NCBI GenBank assembly: GCA_030390025.1
Contig: CM059433.1
Location: 12,216,001 to 12,280,000, forward strand
Direction of reading: 5' to 3'
Source of the DNA: Squalus acanthias
Lineage: Eukaryota
Length of the DNA stretch: 64,000 nucleotides
In this document: piece after piece, positions 39,063-49,574 of the stretch
How the letters are laid out: each line of letters opens with the position of its first letter
Numbering within the stretch: the first letter of the stretch is position 1
The notes under the pieces: generated by a model
Databases searched by the model: none
What the model was told of the DNA's origin: nothing
What the model saw: the letters and a program-made list of their open reading frames with translations, nothing else
Position numbers and translations under genes: made by a program

Positions 39063-40475
39063 TGAAGGGATAATTACTAGTCCTAGCCCTTTTCGGGCCA
39101 CCCCGGATCAGGCGTATTCCCCAGACGTTCACCTTCAACTAAAGTTAGAGATAGCCGAATCCTATAAGACGCTTAATTGGGTCTAAAGGTTCAGACTATC
39201 TCTCCCTAAAGGAAAGGAACGACTTGAAGATGTTACCGTCCTCCAGATAGCACTTTTAATAAGTTTAACTAGACTGTAACCTTCCGGATATTATGAGGGT
39301 CTGGAAAACTCCCCCAGAATTCTGCAACTCCTCACCAAAGAGTGTACAGAGATTGAGTTTGTGAGTTTGACACAGAAGTACTATGTGAGACAATTCTAAA
39401 AATATATAGATTTATTAAAGAACCGACATGTAGTTAACAGCTGGTGATTCAGTCGCAACATTAACAGTTCAAAATACAAATAGCTTACATTTCTTATTCT
39501 CAAATCTTAACTTCATTTCATTTTTACATTTCTACTTATTCTTAATCCAGGATATCCACCAAAATCAAATACAAGTACCTTTGATCACCCGAGACTCAGA
39601 GTTGTAAACTTACAGAGCTTGCCTCAAGTTGAGAATCGCTTGCCCCTTCCAGCGAATTCTGTTTTCTTATTTGAAAGTCCCATATTTTATACCCTTTTTT
39701 CAGTGGCATATCCTTTGAAGTTTTCTGCTGATGTAAGCTAATTATCTCTAGTTATATTTCTGTTGACTTCTTTCTATTCTTACCATCAGTTCAGCTGTTA
39801 GCTTGCAGACTTGTGTCTGCTGTGTAGGTGTTCGAAACATCATAAACGGTTATAATTGATGTATCTATTTGATGCCATTCTTACGAAGGTCTTCTATTCA
39901 ATTCTTAAATGAGAATTCAATTCTTAAATCACCTCAGCTGGTTATAAGCAGACGTCATGTCTCCTAACTGTTCCAAGTTCAATACAAACACAATGTGATT
40001 GCTTGGTGCATCTATTGATGTCATATTTATGAAAGTCTTCTGTTTGTATCTTTTTACAACATGTAAATTAAAAACACTTCAACCGGGTATCTCTTTGTCC
40101 CCCTAGCTACTTCAATTGGTTGTACCAAGAATTATGTCTCCTGTCCTTCATTTGATGTCATATTTATGAAGGCATATGGTTTTTTAATGTTCTGTGTTTC
40201 TGTTCGAAGTGTTAGTTTATAACACTTTAAACTGGGTATAGCTATTGTGTTCTTTCCAAACTGCAGACTTCTTGGAAGCTCCAACCCTGTTGCTTCAACA
40301 GGGCCATTGTTTCAGTGTCAACAACCAATTCCCATTTCAAAAGCTTGTATGGTGTTTACAGCTTTGTGTTAATGACTCATCTTATCTCAGAAGCCTGTAT
40401 TTACAGCTTTAGCTTGTTGAGGCTTCCAGATTTTTAAACCCAGTTTGTCATGTTTTAATAATCAAAATTCTTTCA
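39063..40475 (-). mobile_element. Probable solo LTR
   Basis: TG...CA termini with a short inverted repeat (TATGAAGGGA / TCTTTCATA). Minus-strand TATAAAA (39685-39691) lies upstream of AATAAA (39411-39416). Three ~30-bp direct repeats in the U3-like part. No clean TSD. Confidence 0.5.
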
Positions 40476-43337
40476 TAGGATGGTGTATTTTTCTGAAATA
40501 TAGCTATTCCTTTACAACTATAACTTGGCATTAAGAGTTATAATACATCTCTCTCATTGCTAAGGACCATCAAAATGTGTTTCAAAACTTTGGTCTGTGA
40601 AATCACTAATTTAGACAAACCAATAAAAGGATTGAATAATTTTTATGGTACACTTTCAGCATCTTTCACAGACCATGCATACTTTGCACTATCATGGGCT
40701 TTACCTAACATGTTTAATCTCCTGATGGAAGGTTTTACAAGTTTCTCCCTATCCCCAGGATAATTGAGTGCAACACCAAAATATCTATCTGACCTTACAA
40801 CACACATTATTCAACATTGACTGGCTATCTTCCATAGCATGTTTCCACAGTCTCAGTAGCTTAGGAAGTATTGCATTCCATACAGTGTTTAACCGCCTCT
40901 ATACTTACCGTTATAACTATTGATCTTATTTTGAAGAAGGTATTTATCCAGCTCTTAGTTAAATTAATTATTTGACATATTTACAGTACAACTGCTGACC
41001 TTTTTTAATGGGAAATACAACTTCAGTATTTGGATAAAGAATTCTAATAAACCATTTGCCTTAATATTTATATGAACTATGAACCTTGATTGGATGATTT
41101 AAATACTAGATATATTTAAACCATCCAGTAGGGACCATACTTCGGAATATTTGATTGGATACCTTATTTGATTAATCGATCAGATAAGCCAGATTTTTCA
41201 GACACCACCTTCTTCTCACTCCAACATATTAATGATGTAATAACGAAATGCAGAAAACTTATTCATTATCATCTTGGGGTAGGATGGGTCTCTATAAATA
41301 TTGCTAATTAGAATATATTGGCCAACATTCTGGGACTGATTTTACAATAATATGATTAAACTTATCTTTAAAGTTGTCTTCTGTGTGTCTGAGTTGCTTT
41401 GTTAATGTTCTTATGTGCAGCTCTCAGCATCTCTCAAAAGCTTGGATTTGGAGGTTATATTTTGATTTAGAGCTATTCGTCCTGTTGACTTTAGGGAGAT
41501 GTTACAGTCTGAGCATATGCACAATTTCCCACTGGCATCAGTAGGATTTTCTAACTTTTTTGTTGTCCTGTCATGGGATTTCGGACAGACTTTTATGATT
41601 CTAAACATGCAAATTTCATTATTTTCCTTCAATTAATGTTATCATTTTAACTATAATCTACGGCTGACCTAAATTATATATATTGTACCTGAAAGAAAGC
41701 CAGACAAACAGCAGCTTTCCTTTCTGTTACTCATAGTTAGCCCAGCAATTTGTTTTTCTCAGTAGAAAGCCATTTGCCTCTTTGATTTCACTATACTTAA
41801 GAAACTTTCTTCTTTCAAGTTGAAGACTCACACTGTTCTGAGGTAAAATGTAGGCCTGGATATTAACAGGGGCGGGTTGCGTAGGCCGGGGATGGAGTTT
41901 CGGACAGAAAACTTGGAAGGCCGGGTTTCCCTGCATGCTGTGGAGTTTTAATTCCACAACATGCGTCTTTTCACCTTGATGGGTTCCCCACCCGGAAGTC
42001 AGCCTGATTGACAGGCTTGGCTTCCAGTCGGGCGGGGAGGACTCCGGAGCAGGCCGCAGAAGCAGGTTGGTCTGATCCCCGACCCCGGGGGTCTTTAAGG
42101 TATGGGAGCTGTGGGGGGGGGGGGGGTGGGAGGAGTTCTCCTGGCCCACAAGCAGTGCTGTAAAGGCACTTGCCTTCTCCCTGAAGCTGTCCTTGCATCC
42201 CTTCAGCTGCCGGGTTTCCTGAGTCCAAGGAAACCCAGCCCCACTTGTTTTTTGGGGGTTATAATTCACCCCATAATTTCTGAGAGTTTATGAATCTTTT
42301 AGAATTTTCCCAACTAATACTCACGTGTGTGTGTGTGGAGAGAAAAGGACGGAGACAGACAGACAGACAGAGATGCAGTGTGTGTGAAATGGTAGACATT
42401 GGTACCTCCCTCCCAAACACCACGTGGATCACGCGCATTAGCACTTACGCCACAGAGCTTTGTGCCAAGGGACTGACTGACATGAATTACAGATTCCAGC
42501 CTACACCTTGGAATGCATTCCTTTATTTTATCTGATTGTGACGTTGGGCTAGTGTGTTGTATTTGCCTGAAACGGATTTGTTGCCCTTTTTTCAAATATA
42601 GGTATCGAGTTTGCCTATTTTCAGTCCTGCCGAACCTCACCAATAACCAGCGATTCCTCTGACAAATAGAAAAAAGACTTGTGTTTGTATAGTGCCTTAT
42701 CAAGTCTTAGAAATAGCTCAAAAGTGTTTCGCATACAGTGAGTTACTTTGAGGCATAAAAGTTCAAAGCCATGGTGACCTTCTGTGCCATTGTGAGAGCT
42801 GTTCATGCTTTTGATGTTCTCTGAAGATTTTGCTGCAACATAACTGAAGTGCACCCTCCTAAGACACAACTTGTATGAGAGATCCTGGAAAGTCTGCCTG
42901 TCATTACCTTCTGCTGGATGGATGCTGTTGTGATGAACTGGCTCTCCTTTAGGGATGCCTGATACTCCTACCTTCCAGTGCAGCCTCCTCCTGCTCCTCC
43001 TCTCTTTCTCCAACTTGTGCGTCATAAACAATCCGATTCCCATAGGGAACCCTATTTTTCAGCCTTCAAAAGATTGTTCCCTAATTCCCCAGCGGAGGAG
43101 CCCTCTCCACAGGTTAAAGAAATGTTTGGTGAAGGTTTCACAAGAATAATGCAGCAACAAAAAAAAAATCCACATCCCTGCAAGGAATCCAAAGGTATGG
43201 CCCAAAGTCTGTCAATTAAATCAAAGCTGCAGTTTATCTTTAATAATCATGATGCGGAGATGCCGGTGTTGGACTGGGGTGGACAAAAGTGAGAAGTCGC
43301 ACAACACGAGGTTATAGTCCAACAGTTTTATTTGAAA

Positions 43338-43375
43338 TCACAAGCTTTTGGAGCGGCTGCTCCTTCGTCAGGTGA
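43338..43375 (-). ncRNA. Degenerate hammerhead motif (GAAA changed to AAAA)
   Basis: Minus strand reads TCAC-CTGACGA-A-GGAGC-agcc-GCTCC-AAAA-GC-TT-GTGA. Confidence 0.4.
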
Positions 43376-43498
43376 AGCGCTCCGAAAGCTTGTGATTTCA
43401 AATAAAACTGTTGGACTATAACCTGGTGTTGATCTTTTTGGTTGGACAAACACAAATTTACTGCAAATCAATTAAAACTTTAAATGAAACTTAACAAA

Positions 43499-46400
43499 TC
43501 AAATCAAAATTTGGAAGTCCGGGGTGACGATGCACTCCAGTCCCCGCGGCGCCCACCGGTCGCGGAAAAACTCAAGCGTGCCGGCGGACACCGCGTGCTC
43601 CATCTCCAGGGCCACCCGGGCGCGAACATGGCCGCGGAAGAGAGGCAGGCAATCGGGCCGAACGACCCCCTCGACCGCCCGCTGCCTGGACCAATTAATG
43701 GCTTTCTTGGCCAGGCCCAGGAGCAGTCCTACGAGGAGGTCCTCCGACCTACCCGCTCCCCTCCGCACCGGGTGACCGTAGATCAGGAGCGTGGGGCTGA
43801 AGTGCAACCAGAAATTGAGGAGCAGCCCCTTCAAATAATGAAAGAGGGGCTGCAACCTCTCACACTCAATATAAATGTGATAGACGGACTCCTCTAGGCC
43901 GCAGAAATGACAAGCAGCCTGGGAGTCCGTAAACCTACTTAAAATCCTATTGCACGGGACTGCTCCGTGCAACACCCTCCAGGCCAAGTCCCCAATAGAA
44001 CAAGGGAAGACTCCCGCGTAGAGAGCCTTCCAATGGGGACCTTCGCCTCCGCCGGACGGCAGGATGGTACGCCAAGGCGTGTCCGGACGGCAGACGAAGA
44101 TGGCAAAGTGGAGAGTGTGCAGGAGCAGCCCGTACAGGAAACGCCTCCGTGCGGATTGAAAGGGCACGGAGGGCATTTCTCCGAGTAGGCTCAAGTGGTG
44201 AGGCGGCGGCTCCCGAGGGAGGATTCGGGGCCGGGCGCCGATAAGGAATTCCGTCCGAACGGGGGTCAGTTCGGACGGGATCGCCCCACGTGCTTGAGCC
44301 TCCTCGACACACCTAGTGGAGACGGGGCCCAGTGCCACTTTTAGCGACTCGATGGCTTTGACCGCGAGCCGGACGTTGACCCAGGACATGCGCCTCGCCA
44401 ACTCCTCCGGCGCCATCCAGCCCGCTCCTCCGCCATCGAGCAGGTCCCCGACTCTGGTCACCTTACCGGGCACAGCCCTGCCCTCCGCCAGCCAGCCGAA
44501 CCCGCGGTCGTGGAGGTGCGGATTCCTGAACAGCGGCTCCCGAAGGACGGCCGCCGCTCCTGACGGGGGAGAACTGCGCTCGGAGGCGACGCTGTTCCAA
44601 ACCCATAGCAGTTCCTGGTAGAAGACAGGCAGCTCCCGCAGGCTGGCACGCGTGCCACCCACTCTCACAAACAGGAGCTGCGTGTCGTAATTGAGGCCGT
44701 GCAGCTGGCGGAAGAAATACGTCGCCAGCGCACGCCACCTAGGAGGATTCTCCACGTACAGGTATCTCTGCAGCATCTGAAGACGGAAAGTCGCCGCCTG
44801 GGTGCGAAGGCACACCAGCGCCTGACCGCCCTCCCTAAGCGGGAGACTCAAAACCGCGGCAGAGACCCAGTGCTTCCTTTTGTCCCAGAAGAAGTCGACG
44901 AGCTTCTTCTGCATCTTGGCGACAAACGCAGGGGGAGGGATCAAAGTGACCAACCGGTACCACAACATGGCGGCCACCAGCTGGTTTATGACCAGCGCTC
45001 GACCCCTGTAGGACAACACTCGGAGCAGTCCTGTCCAGCGTCCTAGGCGAGCGGTGACTTTGGCCTCCAGCTCTTGCCAGTTCGCCGGCCAGGCGTCCTC
45101 GGCCGGGCTGAGGTAGACTCCCAGGTAGAGGAGGTGCGTGGTGCTCCAGGCGAAAGGCCCGAACTCCTCCGGCAGGGAGTCCACCTGCCATGGGCCCACC
45201 AGGAGTCCAGAACATTTCTCCCAGTTGATCTTGGCGGAGGATGCGTCCGAGTAAATCTGCTGGCATTCTCGCATCCTCCGCAAGTCGACGGGATCCGTGA
45301 CCGCGAGGAGCACGTCATCGGCGTAAGCCGAGAGGACCACCTCCACGCCCGGCCCTTGCAGAGCCAGTCCCGTCAACCTCTTCCGCAAGAGGCGCAGGAA
45401 AGGCTCCACGCAAACGGCGTATAGCTGACCGGACATGGGGCATCCCTGACGCACCCCCCTCCCGAAGCGAAGGGGCGCCGTCAAAGACCCGTTAACTTTA
45501 ATCAGACACTCCGCGGCGGCGTACAGAAGTCGGATCCGGGCGACGAAATGCGTCCCGAACCCGAATGCGCGCAGAGTCCCGAAAAGATACTCGTGATCCA
45601 CCCTGTCGAACGCCTTCTCCTGATCCAGGGAAAGGAAGGCGACCGACAGACCAGCCCTCTGGGAATGGTGGACCAGGTCCCGGACCAGATGGATGTTATC
45701 GTGGATACTCCGGCCCGGGACCGTGTAGGACTGGTCGGGGTGGATCATGCGGGCCAGCACGGTGCCAAGGCGAGCAGACATAGCCCTGGCGAAAATTTTG
45801 TAGTCCGTGCTGAGGAGGGAGACCGGGCGCCAGTTCTTAAGTAGGCGGAGATCACCCTTCTTGGGCAGCAGGACGATGACCGCCCTGCGCCAAGAGAGGG
45901 GCATCTCCCCGGTCGCCAGACTTTCCCCCAGGACCCGCGCGTAGTCGTCCCCCAAGACGTCCCAGAACGCCCTGTGGAACTCCACGGTCAGCCCGTCCAG
46001 CCCCGGGGACTTGCCCCTCGAGAGCTGGCGCAGGGCGCCGGTCAGCTCCGCCAGGCTTAGCGGAGCTTCTAAATTCTCGGCGCCCTCCGGGCCGACCTTC
46101 GGCAGGTCCTCCCACAAAACTCTGCGCGCATCCTCGCTGGACGGATCCGAAGAGAACAGAGCCCCGTAATAGGCCCGGGCCTCCGCGCTGATGCCCTCCG
46201 GATCCGAGACCAGAGATCCGTCGTCGGCCAGCAGCCCCAAGAGCTGCTTACGGACCCCCCGTCTTTTTTCCAGCGAGTAGAAGAAGGGGGAGCTGCGGTC
46301 CAGGTCCCGCAGGAACTGGATCCGCGACCTCACGTACGCGCCTCGGGACCCGACCAGCTGCAGGTCCTTCAGCGCGCCCTTCTTCTCTTCGTACACCTTC

Positions 46401-47398
46401 CGCAGGGCCGGGTCCTCGACGACTTGACCGAGACGGGACTCCAGGTCGAGCACTTCTTTCTCCAATCGCCCGACCCGGGCCTCCCGCCTCTTGGTCGACC
46501 CCTTCGCATACTCCTGACAGAAGACGCGGACGTGAGCCTTGCCCACGTCCCACCATAGCCTCAAGGAGGGGAAGCCTCCCCGCTTCCTTCTCCAGTCGGC
46601 CCAGAACCGGCGAAACGAATCCCGGAACCGCGCGTCCTCCAGCAGCAGGTTGTTAAAATGCCAGTACGCGGACCCCCCCCGCGCGCGCAGCGGAGCGAGC
46701 TCCGCCCACACCAGGTGGTGGTCCGTGCACGGCACCGGCCGCATGGAAGCCGCCGGAACGCAGGAGACGTACGCCCGGGAAATGTAAAGGCGGTCGATTC
46801 TGGACCTTCCTCCTCCAGACCTCACGCTCGTGAAGGCGCTGGAGTCGGGATGGAGATTTCGCCAGACGTCCACCAAGTCGAAGGACCCGACCAGGTCCCG
46901 CAACTTCTCCATCGCCGCCGGGCTTCGCGGGGGACCCGACCGGTCCCGCGCCTCGAGGGTACAATTGAAATCCCCCCCGAGGATGACGCACTCGCCCACG
47001 TCGATGGAGCCCAGAAGAGCGGACACTTCTCCGAAGAAGCGCACTTGCTGCGCACCGGTCCGGGGGGCGTACACGTTCACTAAATGGAGCGGCACGCCTC
47101 CCAGGCGAACAGTGACCTGGAGCAAGCGGCCCGGCACGTGCTCCTTGACCCTCAAGATCTCCGGCTGAAAATGCGGGGCCAGCAAGACAGCCACCCCGCA
47201 GGAATTGTTGGAGAGGTGACTCATGCTGACCCCTCCTTGCCACTCCAGGAGCCACGTGGCCTCGTCTCCCGGAACGGTGTGGGTTTCTTGCAGGAAGCAC
47301 ACCGCATATTTCCCGTCCCGAAGGACCGAGAAGTTATTGAATCTACGGCGCGCCTCCCTGCTGCCGTTGATGTTGAGGCTGGCTATGGTTATCTTCAT
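43499..47398 (-). CDS. Tx1 ORF2: APE endonuclease, reverse transcriptase and C-terminal zinc finger (1299 aa from the first ATG)
   Basis: SLNING, LQETH, GGDFN, RIDR, TDH, SPGLDG, NWRPVSLL, DQEKAFD, QGCPMS, YADD, CHFCGLEESVYHIYIEC. The ORF-track start at 47416 is a TTG. Confidence 0.95.
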   Translation of the reverse strand: MKITIASLNINGSREARRRFNNFSVLRDGKYAVCFLQETHTVPGDEATWLLEWQGGVSMSHLSNNSCGVAVLLAPHFQPEILRVKEHVPGRLLQVTVRLGGVPLHLVNVYAPRTGAQQVRFFGEVSALLGSIDVGECVILGGDFNCTLEARDRSGPPRSPAAMEKLRDLVGSFDLVDVWRNLHPDSSAFTSVRSGGGRSRIDRLYISRAYVSCVPAASMRPVPCTDHHLVWAELAPLRARGGSAYWHFNNLLLEDARFRDSFRRFWADWRRKRGGFPSLRLWWDVGKAHVRVFCQEYAKGSTKRREARVGRLEKEVLDLESRLGQVVEDPALRKVYEEKKGALKDLQLVGSRGAYVRSRIQFLRDLDRSSPFFYSLEKRRGVRKQLLGLLADDGSLVSDPEGISAEARAYYGALFSSDPSSEDARRVLWEDLPKVGPEGAENLEAPLSLAELTGALRQLSRGKSPGLDGLTVEFHRAFWDVLGDDYARVLGESLATGEMPLSWRRAVIVLLPKKGDLRLLKNWRPVSLLSTDYKIFARAMSARLGTVLARMIHPDQSYTVPGRSIHDNIHLVRDLVHHSQRAGLSVAFLSLDQEKAFDRVDHEYLFGTLRAFGFGTHFVARIRLLYAAAECLIKVNGSLTAPLRFGRGVRQGCPMSGQLYAVCVEPFLRLLRKRLTGLALQGPGVEVVLSAYADDVLLAVTDPVDLRRMRECQQIYSDASSAKINWEKCSGLLVGPWQVDSLPEEFGPFAWSTTHLLYLGVYLSPAEDAWPANWQELEAKVTARLGRWTGLLRVLSYRGRALVINQLVAAMLWYRLVTLIPPPAFVAKMQKKLVDFFWDKRKHWVSAAVLSLPLREGGQALVCLRTQAATFRLQMLQRYLYVENPPRWRALATYFFRQLHGLNYDTQLLFVRVGGTRASLRELPVFYQELLWVWNSVASERSSPPSGAAAVLREPLFRNPHLHDRGFGWLAEGRAVPGKVTRVGDLLDGGGAGWMAPEELARRMSWVNVRLAVKAIESLKVALGPVSTRCVEEAQARGAIPSELTPVRTEFLIGARPRILPREPPPHHLSLLGEMPSVPFQSARRRFLYGLLLHTLHFAIFVCRPDTPWRTILPSGGGEGPHWKALYAGVFPCSIGDLAWRVLHGAVPCNRILSRFTDSQAACHFCGLEESVYHIYIECERLQPLFHYLKGLLLNFWLHFSPTLLIYGHPVRRGAGRSEDLLVGLLLGLAKKAINWSRQRAVEGVVRPDCLPLFRGHVRARVALEMEHAVSAGTLEFFRDRWAPRGLECIVTPDFQILI

Positions 47399-47423
47399 CT
47401 CAGAAGCATAGTGCAACCTCTAC

Positions 47424-49574
47424 CTAACGGAGGGGAGGGAGGGCGGTCACTGACGACCGCCACTCCCTCAGCAGCCCAGTGTGGAAACTCTTGAGCCGAC
47501 GCAGCTCGAGCCGGCCAACGTCCTTGTCCGCGCCCATGATTTTAACGGCGGCGCGGACGGACACGACGAGCAGCGCCAGCTCCGACCACTTGTCGAGGGC
47601 CAGCCGGATCTTCTTATGACGACCCTGGCTCACGGCCATAAAATCCCGGAGTTCCCCTACGGGGATGAGGGGAGAGTCGGTGAAGGGCACGAGGGCGTCC
47701 ATCGCCTCGCTGCTGATGGACTCCAAATCTTCCTCAGCGCCCAACACCGAGTCCCCGTCCTCCTCCGGGAGGTCGTCACCGGCGGCCGACCCGTCCGTTG
47801 CACAGGGTGCAGCGAACGGCTCGGCCGCACCGGCCGGCCCCGCCTCCGTCACGATCCCACCCCCAGGATCGGTGGCAGAGGAGTCCACCCTGGGCTCCTT
47901 CAGGGGCGCCGGGCCGGGAGGCGGCGGCGGCGGTTCGGGGCCCCCCCCCGCCTCAGGCGCCGGGGCGACCGGAGAAACCGGGGAGAAAATAATCCCAAAT
48001 TCCTCCAGCACGTCCGGCGCCAACAACAGAGACGGAGTCAGGGGGCTTTCCGTCTCCCCGCCACCAACCTCCGACCCAGCGGGCTGGGGATTGCTACACT
48101 CCTCCACCAGGTCGAGCAGTCCCTGGGAGATGTCTGGGTTATAAAAGGCGGGCTCGGCTTCAGCCTCTTTGGCCTCGCCCGCCCCAGTCCCCAGGACGCC
48201 CGACCCGGCGAGGAGCAACGGTTCCGGTACTACATTTCCCTCCGCGGGTTGTTCCGCGCCCCCCCCCACGGGCAGGGTCTCTTCCCCATCCCCGGGAGGC
48301 ACAGGTCGGACAGACTCGGCTGTCTCACCCTCCCGAGGGACAGACGACCCCTGCCGATCGCGCGCGACGATGACGGTGGTGGGGTGGGGCGCAGCACCCG
48401 CGGCGGGCGACTGCCCCCCTTTTGCGGAGGGACCTTCCTCCTCGCAGTCCTCCTGCTGGGGGCAGAGCTTTCTTTTTAACAAGTTGGGGCCCGGAGAGGG
48501 GGAGGCCTCCATGTCTGCTGGGGCCTCCCTCTCTGCCCCCTTCCGACGACTGGGTTTCTTGGGCTCCTCGGGCCCGAGCCCGGCCGCAGGTCTTGATTTA
48601 GCTGCCTCAGCAGTTGCGGTCACGGGCCCGGGCACGAGGACCCCCCCAGTCTCATGCGTCCCGACCAACTCCGCGATGTACTCGGGCGTGAGCTCGGTCA
48701 ATTCTGAGGTTTCCTCCGCGAGGGGATCCGCCCTTAGGTGTTTAGTTTTCCTACGCGCCTTCCTTCCCCCCGGACGCTCTCCCTCCTCCCCGCCGGAGGC
48801 CGTGGTGGCGTTGGCCTCCGATTTCGACCGTGCATCCGTCGCCGTCGACGCGCGGACAGTATCAGGGGGAGGGGGGGCGGCGGCGCCAACCCTGGCCGCG
48901 CCAGGTGTCGTGGCGGCCTTGGAGGCGGGGCAGTTTTTGCGGACGTGCCCCACCTCCTTACAGGCGTAGCACCGCACACCGTCCGAGGTCCAGAAGACGC
49001 GGTGGGCGGTCCCCCCGTGGAGCACCGTGAACGCGCCGTCCGCTTCCTCCTCCCGCGCCAGCCGGACGAAAAGCTGGCGCCGGAAGGAGAAGACGTGCCG
49101 AAGGCTGGCTTCCCGGAAGCCGAGCGGGATGGGTGTGATCCCCGACCTCACCTCCCCCAGTTGACGTAGGTGGGGGAGGAGGAGCTCACCCGGAACAAAG
49201 GGCGGGACGTTGGAAACCACAATCCTTTGCGCGGTGGCCTCAAGGGGGTCCACCGGCAGGAAGGTCCCGCCCACGGTGAGCCCCTTCTCGATGGCCAGGG
49301 ACACCGCCCGCTCCGACCCCAGGAAGAACACAGCCTTGCCGTACATTTTAGAGGCGGCGACGATGGCTGAAGGGCCGACAACCCCAGCCATGGCTTTAAC
49401 GCACGCCTCTATAGTCATGTTGGGGTGAGTGTAGCTCTTGACCCCATTCTTCCTCGTAAGGAGGGTAAAAGGTGACGGGGTAACAGGAGGACTCGTGGCT
49501 GCGGCCGTGGCCGCGGCTGCCACGCTCGCATACGTCCTCGCTGCCCCCGCCACCGACGAAGATGTACTCGCCAT
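47424..49574 (-). CDS. Tx1 ORF1 nucleic-acid-binding protein (716 aa from the first ATG)
   Basis: RRM-like N-terminus (SKMYGKAVFFL, IVVSNVPPF, VFSFRRQLF), CYACKEVGHVRKNC zinc knuckle, long Pro/Glu/Ala-rich linker. Confidence 0.9.
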   Translation of the reverse strand: MASTSSSVAGAARTYASVAAAATAAATSPPVTPSPFTLLTRKNGVKSYTHPNMTIEACVKAMAGVVGPSAIVAASKMYGKAVFFLGSERAVSLAIEKGLTVGGTFLPVDPLEATAQRIVVSNVPPFVPGELLLPHLRQLGEVRSGITPIPLGFREASLRHVFSFRRQLFVRLAREEEADGAFTVLHGGTAHRVFWTSDGVRCYACKEVGHVRKNCPASKAATTPGAARVGAAAPPPPDTVRASTATDARSKSEANATTASGGEEGERPGGRKARRKTKHLRADPLAEETSELTELTPEYIAELVGTHETGGVLVPGPVTATAEAAKSRPAAGLGPEEPKKPSRRKGAEREAPADMEASPSPGPNLLKRKLCPQQEDCEEEGPSAKGGQSPAAGAAPHPTTVIVARDRQGSSVPREGETAESVRPVPPGDGEETLPVGGGAEQPAEGNVVPEPLLLAGSGVLGTGAGEAKEAEAEPAFYNPDISQGLLDLVEECSNPQPAGSEVGGGETESPLTPSLLLAPDVLEEFGIIFSPVSPVAPAPEAGGGPEPPPPPPGPAPLKEPRVDSSATDPGGGIVTEAGPAGAAEPFAAPCATDGSAAGDDLPEEDGDSVLGAEEDLESISSEAMDALVPFTDSPLIPVGELRDFMAVSQGRHKKIRLALDKWSELALLVVSVRAAVKIMGADKDVGRLELRRLKSFHTGLLREWRSSVTALPPLR

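Noticed and set aside
43440..43450. GTTGGAC shared by the Tx1 3' UTR and the target, suggesting RNA-DNA pairing
   Set aside because: Only a 7-bp match and not adjacent to the insertion point, so chance cannot be excluded.
47481..48969. Long + strand ORFs (332 aa, 266 aa) and their twins at 54.7-56.2 kb
   Set aside because: Antisense shadows of the GC-rich Tx1 ORF1 with no recognisable domains.
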